From the IMG/VR virus record IMGVR_UViG_3300014059_000009: 64,000 nucleotides of DNA; one strand, given 5' to 3'. Positions 54,327 through 61,967 of this stretch are shown one piece after another; the first letter of the stretch is position 1; each line of letters begins with the position of its first letter. This stretch comes from an uncultured virus (IMG/VR IMGVR_UViG_3300014059_000009) (lineage: Duplodnaviria > Heunggongvirae > Uroviricota > Caudoviricetes). Below the pieces are notes generated by a model. The model was not told where the DNA came from. It saw only the letters and a program-made list of their open reading frames with translations, and ran no database searches. A program made the translations under genes and the position numbers.

Positions 54327-55559
54327 ATGGCTAACAGCTTCTTCACAGTGGCGGCCATCTCGAAAGAGCTGGTCCGCCTGATGGAAAACGACCTCGTTCT
54401 CGGCAAGTCGGTTGGCACCGACAATCTGGAAAACGAGACCGTCAAGTCCGGTGGCGCGGTCAAGGTGCGCCGCCAGATGCAATACCTCGGCCAGGACAAC
54501 AACCTCGATCTGTCGGCCTTCTCGGAAGACGTGACCGAGGGCACCGTCACCGTGACCCTCGACCAGACCTGGTCGAACAAGGTCAGCATCAGCGCCATCG
54601 ACCGGACGCTCTCGTTCGACCGCTATTCGCAGCAAATCCTGCAACCGATGGCGCGGCGCGCGGCGGAAAAGGTCGAGGCGTCCATCGCGGCCCTCTATCC
54701 CGCGTTCTACTGGTTCGACGGCACCCCCGGCACCATTCCCGCCACCTATTCGGCGGTTGCCGATGCGGGGGCGATCTTCACCGATGGCGGCAACACCATC
54801 AGCGGACGCCTCGGGTTCCACAGCCCGGCATGTTCGGCCAAGCTGGCCGCGCTGATCCAGGGCACCTACGTGGACGGCAATAACAAGAAGGCCCTCGAAA
54901 TGGCCAAGGTTGGCCGCTACGCCGGTTTCGACAACTATGAAACCGTCTTCGCGCCGACCCACACCGTCGGCCCGCTGGGCGGCACCCCGCTGATCAACGG
55001 CGGCGCTCAGGCCGTGACCTACGCCGCCGCCAAGGACACTTGGTCGCAATCGCTGATCACCGATGGCTGGACCGCCGCTGCGGCTGCCCGCCTGAATGCC
55101 GGTGATGTGTTCACCATCGCGAACGTCTTCGCGGTGAACCCGAATACGAAGCAATCGACCGGGCGGCTCCAGACCTTCACCGTTCTTGCCAACGCAAGCT
55201 CGGACGGCGCGGGCAACCTGACCGCGACGATTTCGCCCCCGATCATCACCTCGGGCGCGTTCCAGACCGTCAACGCGGTCCCCGCCGACAACGCGGCCAT
55301 CACGATCAAGACCGGCACGGCGGCCACGGCCTACCGTCAGTCGCTCCTGATCGACCCGCAGGCAATCGCGCTGGTTTCCCGCCCGCTGGACATCCCGTCG
55401 GGTGAGGGCCTGAAGACCAGCACGGTGTCTGGCGAGTTCGTCACCATGTCGGTGTCGAGCTGGGTGGATGGCAACACGCTGGCCGAGAACATGAGATTCG
55501 ATATGTTGTGGAAACCTATCGTTCTTGATCCTCGTCGCGGCATGAGGTTGACAAACTAA
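54327..55559 (+). CDS. Major capsid protein, P22 coat (gp5) family
   Basis: MANSF, AGDVFTIANVFAVNP.TKQSTGRLQTFTV, ISPPII, RFDMLW. Confidence 0.9.
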   Translation: MANSFFTVAAISKELVRLMENDLVLGKSVGTDNLENETVKSGGAVKVRRQMQYLGQDNNLDLSAFSEDVTEGTVTVTLDQTWSNKVSISAIDRTLSFDRYSQQILQPMARRAAEKVEASIAALYPAFYWFDGTPGTIPATYSAVADAGAIFTDGGNTISGRLGFHSPACSAKLAALIQGTYVDGNNKKALEMAKVGRYAGFDNYETVFAPTHTVGPLGGTPLINGGAQAVTYAAAKDTWSQSLITDGWTAAAAARLNAGDVFTIANVFAVNPNTKQSTGRLQTFTVLANASSDGAGNLTATISPPIITSGAFQTVNAVPADNAAITIKTGTAATAYRQSLLIDPQAIALVSRPLDIPSGEGLKTSTVSGEFVTMSVSSWVDGNTLAENMRFDMLWKPIVLDPRRGMRLTN

Positions 55560-55581
55560 GGCTCCGCCTTAAGAATCAAGC

Positions 55582-55615
55582 GGCTAGGCATCGACTTGCA
55601 GGTCTTTGCCTAGCC
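55582..55615 (+). terminator. Hairpin between coat gene and HNH gene
   Basis: GGCTAGGCA...TGCCTAGCC 9-bp stem. Confidence 0.55.
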
Positions 55616-55645
55616 TCACCAAACCAGACCGTTGGAGGGTCCAAA

Positions 55646-56173
55646 ATGGCTAAGGAAAACCTACCTACTATTTCTGTCGTGCGCAACTTGCTCCGCTATG
55701 AGCCGGATACCGGGAAACTGTTCTGGTTGCCGCGCGGCGGGGGCCGGTTTGACAAACTCTTTGCAGGCAAGGAAGCCTTCACCGCAACTGATCCGGGCGG
55801 CTACAAATACGGGTCGCTTCAGTCCCATACGATGCGAGCGCATGTGGTCGCGTGGGCGCTGGCCTATGGAAAATGGCCTGATGGCCACATCGACCACGAG
55901 AACGGTATCCGAGAAGATAACAGGCTGAAGAACCTGAGCCTTGGGACGCAAGCCCAGAACAACAGGAACGCCAAGCGCCGCAATGACAACAAGAGCGGCG
56001 TCGTGGGCGTGATTTGGTTCCCGAAAATGAGCATGTGGCGCGCCTACATCAACGTAAGCGGGTCTTGGAAGCACATCGGGTATTTCGACACAAGAGAAGC
56101 CGCCGCAATAGCGCGCAAGGCTGCTGAAGCACAATACGGGTTCCACAAGAACCACGGGAGATCGTCCCCATGA
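55646..56173 (+). CDS. HNH homing endonuclease with AP2 domain
   Basis: LRYEPDTG, AHVVAW, IDHENG.REDNRLKNL, NKSGVVGV, WRAYI, IGYFDT.EAA. Confidence 0.9.
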   Translation: MAKENLPTISVVRNLLRYEPDTGKLFWLPRGGGRFDKLFAGKEAFTATDPGGYKYGSLQSHTMRAHVVAWALAYGKWPDGHIDHENGIREDNRLKNLSLGTQAQNNRNAKRRNDNKSGVVGVIWFPKMSMWRAYINVSGSWKHIGYFDTREAAAIARKAAEAQYGFHKNHGRSSP

Positions 56174-56541
56174 CGACAGCGCGAGATATCGTTGAGTCCG
56201 CCTTCCGCAAGATCGGGGTGGTCGCGAGTGATGAGCCTATGACCGCTGACCAAGCGGACAACGGGATCAACGCGCTAAACCGCATGATGCACGGCTGGCT
56301 TCTGGACGGCATCGACATCGGCCACATCGACCTTGATCTGGCTGACGTGTTCACGATGGAGCCGCAGTTCGAGGAGGGGTGCGTCTACCTTCTCGCCGAA
56401 CGGCTTTCCCCCGACTACGAAGCCCCGGTCAACTTCAGCACTTCCGATTTCAAGAAGCGGCTGTCTGCGGCCTACCTGATCATTCCCGACAGCAAGTTCG
56501 ACCGGACGCTGACACGCCGCCGGAGTTTCTGGAATGCCTAG
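56170..56541 (+). CDS. Head-tail adaptor (P22 gp4-like)
   Basis: TARDIVESAFRKIGV, ALNRMMHGW, LAERL.PDY. Confidence 0.8.
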   Translation: MTTARDIVESAFRKIGVVASDEPMTADQADNGINALNRMMHGWLLDGIDIGHIDLDLADVFTMEPQFEEGCVYLLAERLSPDYEAPVNFSTSDFKKRLSAAYLIIPDSKFDRTLTRRRSFWNA

Positions 56542-57889
56542 GGTCGAGTTTGCGGGCCAATCCGCCAGGGATGCCGACAACCCGGCTGGCAACCCTTCGC
56601 GGCTGATCAACGGATACCGTGAGCCGATGGTGGCTGGTGGCCGCTCCGGGGCCGTCCTGCGGGCTGTGCCGGGGATGGCCGATTTCGCCGAGGTCGGCGA
56701 TGTATTTGTCCGCGCCATGTCGAATTTTGACGGGGGCATCATGGCCATCGTCGGCACGAACCTTCACCGGATCGAAACAGACGGCACCGTGACGCTGATC
56801 GGCGACGTGGATGCGACAGACGCCATCGCCGGGCTGGACCAAAGCACGGGTTATGTCGTGGCCGTTGCGGGCCGGAAATACTGGCATTGGAACGGCACGA
56901 CGCTTGCGACTGTGGTGGCCGGAAACGTGCCGAACCCGGCATCCGTCGCCTATCTGGGCGGCTATGTCATCGTGTCAGACTACGGGACGCGCGTGTTTGG
57001 ATGGTCGGCGCTGGCCGATCCTACGACATGGAGCGGGCTGGACTTCGCAAGCGCAGAAATCACCCCAGACCCGATTATCCGGCTGATCGCATTCAAGGAC
57101 GCGCTTTACGTCTTCAAGGCTACAGGCTTTGAACGTTGGGCGGTGACCGGCCTATCTGGACCGGACGCTTTCCAGCGCATCGGCGGCGCGCAAGAGGAAC
57201 CGGGGCTTGCTGCCTATGGCCTGATCGTCACGTTCCCGAACGGACTGTCCTATGTCGGTTCGGATGGGCGGGTCTATGTGTTTGGGGTCGGGCCGATTTC
57301 GACACCGCCGGTGGAAGTGGCGATTGAACGCCTCGGGCCGAACCGGATGTTCTACTATGAACAGCGGGGACATGGGTTCATCTGCATCGCCTTCGATGAA
57401 ACCTTTGCCTGGTGCTATGACACGGCGACCGGGGAATGGCACGAGCGGGCGCAGAGCGACATGCCGTGGCAGGCGCGCGCCTCGGTCAAGGTCGGAACAG
57501 CTTGGTATGTCGGCACGGATTCCGGGAAGATTGCCCAACTGACAGGCCGGTGCGCCGACTTTGGCGACCCGATGGTGCGGCGCTACGTTTCGCGGACGCT
57601 TGATGCGGGCGAGCGGTTCACCGTGGCGAAGATCGAGGCATTCCCGCGCATCGAGGGGGATACTCAAGGCGACGGCGACACGACCGAGGCCAAGGTCACG
57701 TTGGAAATGTCGCGCGACGGCGGGTTCACATACGGCAATCCGAAGGATCGCAGCGTCGGGGCGGTCGGGGCCTATGAAACGCGACTGACATGGCGGGCCT
57801 TGGGGCAGTTTCGCAAGGCAACCATGCAGTTGTCTATTTCGTCCACAACCGACATTCCGCTTCTCTCTGAAATCGACGTGGCGCTCTGA
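56534..57889 (+). CDS. Tail hub/stabilisation protein (P22 gp10-like)
   Basis: LDFASAE..PD, ISTPPVE, WCYD.ATGEWHER, SRDGG.TYG, WRALG. Confidence 0.85.
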   Translation: MPRVEFAGQSARDADNPAGNPSRLINGYREPMVAGGRSGAVLRAVPGMADFAEVGDVFVRAMSNFDGGIMAIVGTNLHRIETDGTVTLIGDVDATDAIAGLDQSTGYVVAVAGRKYWHWNGTTLATVVAGNVPNPASVAYLGGYVIVSDYGTRVFGWSALADPTTWSGLDFASAEITPDPIIRLIAFKDALYVFKATGFERWAVTGLSGPDAFQRIGGAQEEPGLAAYGLIVTFPNGLSYVGSDGRVYVFGVGPISTPPVEVAIERLGPNRMFYYEQRGHGFICIAFDETFAWCYDTATGEWHERAQSDMPWQARASVKVGTAWYVGTDSGKIAQLTGRCADFGDPMVRRYVSRTLDAGERFTVAKIEAFPRIEGDTQGDGDTTEAKVTLEMSRDGGFTYGNPKDRSVGAVGAYETRLTWRALGQFRKATMQLSISSTTDIPLLSEIDVAL

Positions 57890-58374
57890 TGCTGAAACTA
57901 CGGACAGACACTGCCTATGTCGGGCAGGACGGCAAGCTGACGCAGGCGGGCGTGGAGGCTATCCAGGGGCAGCTGGATTCCATCGTTTCGAGCATTTCTG
58001 GCATCGGCGGCTTTACATTGGCCAATTTCGCCCCGGCGGCAATCGTGACGGCACCCGAAACCATCGTGGCAAACTACGTTGATACAGCTCTCCCGACGAG
58101 CGCGGCTGTCAAGGACTACGCGGATGCGACGGTCATGCCGACCACGGCGGCGGCGGCGGTGGATGCTATCGGCGCATATGCCATGTTGAGGCAGACGACG
58201 ACCAACACACCGCGAAACCCCGGCGATACATTGGCTGGCGCAAATCTTCGATACGAGAGTGTTGCGGGCAACGGTGCCGGTGGCGCTCCTCCGGGAACAT
58301 GGATGCTGTGCGGGTCCATCATATCGGGCGCGGGCAACACCACGAACACTTCGCTATGGCGGCGGATTTCCTAG
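57889..58374 (+). CDS. Tail needle/fibre-like protein
   Basis: Position; PTSAAVKDYAD; PGTW...SLWRRIS C-terminus. Confidence 0.6.
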   Translation: MLKLRTDTAYVGQDGKLTQAGVEAIQGQLDSIVSSISGIGGFTLANFAPAAIVTAPETIVANYVDTALPTSAAVKDYADATVMPTTAAAAVDAIGAYAMLRQTTTNTPRNPGDTLAGANLRYESVAGNGAGGAPPGTWMLCGSIISGAGNTTNTSLWRRIS

Positions 58375-58383
58375 GGTGATGAA

Positions 58384-58740
58384 ATGATCCAACTTCCGCC
58401 CATGAAAATCGCTCAAGGCGAGCCTTTTGGCTATGATTTCACCGTCGAAGGGCAAAACTGGACCGGATACACGGGAACAGCGACGTTCAAGCGATCCCTG
58501 AAGGCTGTTGCGGGCGTCAACTGGTGGCTCATGACGCAAGAGGAGCCGATTGTCACGGTTTCCGTCGTGGCAGATGCCACCGGGCTGGTTCAGATCGCCC
58601 TGACGAAAACGCAAACGGCTGATTTCCCGACGCTGGACCGTCAGGGATACTTCCGGCAGGCGGTTTGCCAGGTGACGATGACCAGCGGCGCTGATGTGCA
58701 GACGTTCCAGGCCCGCGTTCTAGTGGCTGCGGCGGCGTGA
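58384..58740 (+). CDS. Virion beta-sandwich protein
   Basis: IAQGE.F, TGYTGTA, GLVQIALTKTQTA. Confidence 0.6.
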   Translation: MIQLPPMKIAQGEPFGYDFTVEGQNWTGYTGTATFKRSLKAVAGVNWWLMTQEEPIVTVSVVADATGLVQIALTKTQTADFPTLDRQGYFRQAVCQVTMTSGADVQTFQARVLVAAAA

Positions 58741-59105
58741 TCCGCACCCTGACGGCACAAGAGGCGGTGCCTTTCTTCTGGCACCCCTATCACGGGGACA
58801 TTTCGACCGAGGACTGGATGCAATTCCGCGCCTGTGAGGGCGTTTGCGGGGCATTTCACCAGCATCTGTGGCCCGGCGTGTGGATGGTCCATGTCGGGAT
58901 GCTGAAAGACGCCAGAGGGCGCGGCGACAGGGCTGCAAGGGCCATTCTGCAGGCGTTCTCGGCAGAGGTCGGGGCCGAGCGGATCATCGGATGGGTTCGG
59001 GAAGACAACCGGGCGGTTTTGGCGATGAGCCGCCGCGTCGGCTTTGAAATCGATGGCCGGTTGCCCCTCGCGGTGCCGGTCGCCTTGTTAGGTTGGAGGC
59101 CCTGA
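58737..59105 (+). CDS. GNAT acetyltransferase-like protein
   Basis: ARGRG, NRAVLAMSRRVGFEIDG. Confidence 0.7.
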   Translation: MIRTLTAQEAVPFFWHPYHGDISTEDWMQFRACEGVCGAFHQHLWPGVWMVHVGMLKDARGRGDRAARAILQAFSAEVGAERIIGWVREDNRAVLAMSRRVGFEIDGRLPLAVPVALLGWRP

Positions 59106-59972
59106 ATGGGTGCAGTAGCAGCAATCGGCGGCGCTCTTGTCCAGGCAAGCGCCGCGAAAAAGGCAGCCAAGGCGCAGACCAGCGCGGCCAACAAGGACAT
59201 CGCATTCCAGAAGGAAACGCGAGACCTGATCCGTAGCGATCTGGGCGTCTATCGCGAGGGTGGCGATCTGGCGCAGCGGGCGCTTGATTTTGAACTTGGG
59301 CTTGGGGCGCGTCCGACATTTGGCGGGACTGCGCCGCAGATCGAAACCTATTCGATTCCCGGAACGCCGCAGAATGTCTCGGTCAACGGGGGAAGCAACG
59401 GGCTTTCCGCCAAGACCGTCACCGGGTCGCCGACTACGGGGTATCGGGTTAACGGCCAGACATTCACGACGATGGCCGAGGCGCAAGCCTATGCGGACGC
59501 CAACCGAACCGGCGGCACCGAATATGGCGGCTACACCAAAACGCCGGGTTATGACTTCCGGCTTCAGCAAGGACAGGACAGCCTTCAGTCCGGGGCGGCG
59601 GCGCGGGGCGGGCTGTATTCCGGCGCTGCCATGCGCGACCTGATGAAGTTTGGGCAGGACTACGGATCGAACGAATACGGGAACTACCTGTCCCGCCTCG
59701 GGGCGCGGGCCGATACTGGCATGGGCGCGGCGCAGATGAGCGGGCAGGCTTCGCAGCAGGCAGCGGCGGGCGTGTCGAACGCTCTTGGCAACATCGGCAA
59801 CGCTCAAGCCGCCGGGGCCATCGGACAGGCGAACGCATGGACCGGCGGGGCGCAGAACCTCGCGGGCCTGTGGAACTACCAGAAGAACATGGGGGGGCAG
59901 ACCGGGGCCAACGGCAACGGCAGCTTCTTCAACGGACTGTTTGGCGGCAATGGGCTGGGAGGCTTTAGCTGA
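59106..59972 (+). CDS. DNA ejection protein (P22 gp7-like)
   Basis: AAKKAAKAQ, PGYDFRLQQG, SGAAARGGLYSGA, GNAQAAG. Confidence 0.8.
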   Translation: MGAVAAIGGALVQASAAKKAAKAQTSAANKDIAFQKETRDLIRSDLGVYREGGDLAQRALDFELGLGARPTFGGTAPQIETYSIPGTPQNVSVNGGSNGLSAKTVTGSPTTGYRVNGQTFTTMAEAQAYADANRTGGTEYGGYTKTPGYDFRLQQGQDSLQSGAAARGGLYSGAAMRDLMKFGQDYGSNEYGNYLSRLGARADTGMGAAQMSGQASQQAAAGVSNALGNIGNAQAAGAIGQANAWTGGAQNLAGLWNYQKNMGGQTGANGNGSFFNGLFGGNGLGGFS

Positions 59973-60607
59973 TGACAGGCAACGATTGGCTGAAATATTC
60001 CAACCAAGGGGCCACGAGAAACGATCCTCTGGACCCCGCGCTTATCGGCGCCATGAGTTTCCTCGGCGACATGGGCATCACGATGGACGTGATTTCCGGC
60101 GGGCAGGAAGCGGCAGGAGAAGGTGGCGCGCGCACCGGGTCTGTCCGCCACGACCACGGCGGCGCTGGGGATGTGGACTTCTACAAGGACGGTCGGAAGC
60201 TCGACTGGAACAACCCGAACGACATGCCAATCCTTGTGCAGATCATTCAGACGGCCAAGGCCAACGGCGTAACCGGCATCGGCGCTGGCGATGATTACAT
60301 GGGGGCTGGCCGCTTCCATGTCGGCTTTGGCAACCCCGGCGTCTGGGGTGCGGGCGGCAAGGGTGCGAATGCGCCTGCCTGGCTTGTGGCGGCCTATAAC
60401 GGCGCGCCCGCCGGGAAGGTTCCTTCCCCCGGCAACGCAACGCCTTGGCAGCCGCAGGGCCAACAGAATGCGCTGGCGGGGCCGTTTGGCGTTCAGGGGC
60501 AATCCGCGCAGAACACCCTCGCGCAGCAGCCGCAATTCCAATGGACCGACATGCGCAGCGACCCTGCCATGTTCATGAACCGCCGCAACAGCTTGGCGAT
60601 GGGGTGA
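59972..60607 (+). CDS. Virion-associated peptidase M15-like peptidoglycan hydrolase
   Basis: ISGGQ, GSVRHDHGGAGDV, GIG..YMG...FHVG (H-x6-D...H Zn ligands). Confidence 0.65.
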   Translation: MTGNDWLKYSNQGATRNDPLDPALIGAMSFLGDMGITMDVISGGQEAAGEGGARTGSVRHDHGGAGDVDFYKDGRKLDWNNPNDMPILVQIIQTAKANGVTGIGAGDDYMGAGRFHVGFGNPGVWGAGGKGANAPAWLVAAYNGAPAGKVPSPGNATPWQPQGQQNALAGPFGVQGQSAQNTLAQQPQFQWTDMRSDPAMFMNRRNSLAMG

Positions 60608-60611
60608 CGAC

Positions 60612-61814
60612 ATGACGCTGAACGCTGGCATCATCCTCGGCGGCCAAACCCCGGACATCCTCGGCGCGATGGACAAGGGCCGGGCGATGGCCGAGAGCCA
60701 GATCAACCTGAACCGCCAAAACGCGCTTGCCGAGCTTTACCGGACGCAGGGGGCACAGATTGCGGCGGGGGACCAGGCCGCGCTGAACGCACTGGCGCAG
60801 TTTGATCCGAACGCTTCGCTGGGGGTGCAGCAAAACCGGCTGGGCATCCAGGCGCAGCAACAGGATCTCGAATTCAGTGCCGAAAAAATGCAGATGCTGC
60901 GCGACGAAAGCAAGCGCGAGGCCGCTGCCGCCCTGACGGCACAGGCCGACAAGCTGACAGCGGAGCAACTGGCGGCGGAACAGAAAGCCCTGTCAGATGC
61001 CCTTTCCGGTGGTGCGTTCTTTTACCAGAACAAGGACAAGGCGGGCTATGATGCCTTCCTCACATCCAAGGGGCTGGACCCGGCGGAATTCCCGTTTGAG
61101 AGCTTCCCGGCTCATGCCGCGACGGTGGAGGGTGTTCTTGAGGCTATGAAGGCATTCCAGCCCGCAGAGGCGGCGAAACCGCTCACGGAGGCCGCGCAAC
61201 TCAAGGCTGACCTAGATGCAGGGCGCATTGATCAGGCCACCTATGAGTCCGAAATGGCCCGCCGCGCACCGAAGGGGAGCAAGATTTCCTTCGACCCGGC
61301 GACCGGGGCCATGACCATTGAGGAGGGCGTGGGGGTCGGCGGAGAGTCGGCGACATCCGGGGATGCGCTGCGGACTTCCATGACCGACGCGCAGAACGTC
61401 ATCAGCCTGATTGACGAAATTGCCAAAGACAAGGCCCTTCCCGGCGTGACCGGGGCTTATGAAGGCGGCGGTGGCAACAACGTTGATGAATTCGGCTTTG
61501 GTCGCCGCGCCTATTACGGCGACAAGGGCTTGGCCGTGATCCAGAAGATTGCCCAACTGCAAGGCAACGCATGGCTTGGCGCGCGCGCGCTACTCAAGGG
61601 CGGCGGGGCAATCACCGACTATGAAAGCCGGAAGGCCGAAAGCGCTATGGCCACGCTTTCACGGGCGCAGGGTGATGCGGAATTCAAGGCCGCGCTGAAA
61701 GACCTGAAGGACGCAATTCGCGATGGTATGGCGAAACTCAACGGGGCGGGTGGTTCCGGTTCGCAGGCGGGCTTTGATCAGGCAGAGATTGACGCCCTAA
61801 TGAATGGGCCATGA
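60612..61814 (+). CDS. Ejection protein (gp20-like)
   Basis: Gln/Ala-rich; LKGGGAITDYE. Confidence 0.7.
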   Translation: MTLNAGIILGGQTPDILGAMDKGRAMAESQINLNRQNALAELYRTQGAQIAAGDQAALNALAQFDPNASLGVQQNRLGIQAQQQDLEFSAEKMQMLRDESKREAAAALTAQADKLTAEQLAAEQKALSDALSGGAFFYQNKDKAGYDAFLTSKGLDPAEFPFESFPAHAATVEGVLEAMKAFQPAEAAKPLTEAAQLKADLDAGRIDQATYESEMARRAPKGSKISFDPATGAMTIEEGVGVGGESATSGDALRTSMTDAQNVISLIDEIAKDKALPGVTGAYEGGGGNNVDEFGFGRRAYYGDKGLAVIQKIAQLQGNAWLGARALLKGGGAITDYESRKAESAMATLSRAQGDAEFKAALKDLKDAIRDGMAKLNGAGGSGSQAGFDQAEIDALMNGP

Positions 61815-61947
61815 CCGCCAGCGAATAGCGCGCCAGGACAAACGTGAAAAACGCGGTGCAGGCGAAGGCAAGGCCAAGATCGCCCACCGCGTACCAGAAC
61901 GCCAAGAAGTAGACGGCCAGAATGGCCCAGAGCCAACGCAAGCGCAT
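61738..61947 (-). CDS. Antisense small membrane protein (exclusion candidate)
   Basis: Two hydrophobic helices; fills the gap between ejection genes. Confidence 0.5.
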   Translation of the reverse strand: MRLRWLWAILAVYFLAFWYAVGDLGLAFACTAFFTFVLARYSLAVMAHSLGRQSLPDQSPPANRNHPPR

Positions 61948-61967
61948 CCCCGCAGTATAGGTGATTC

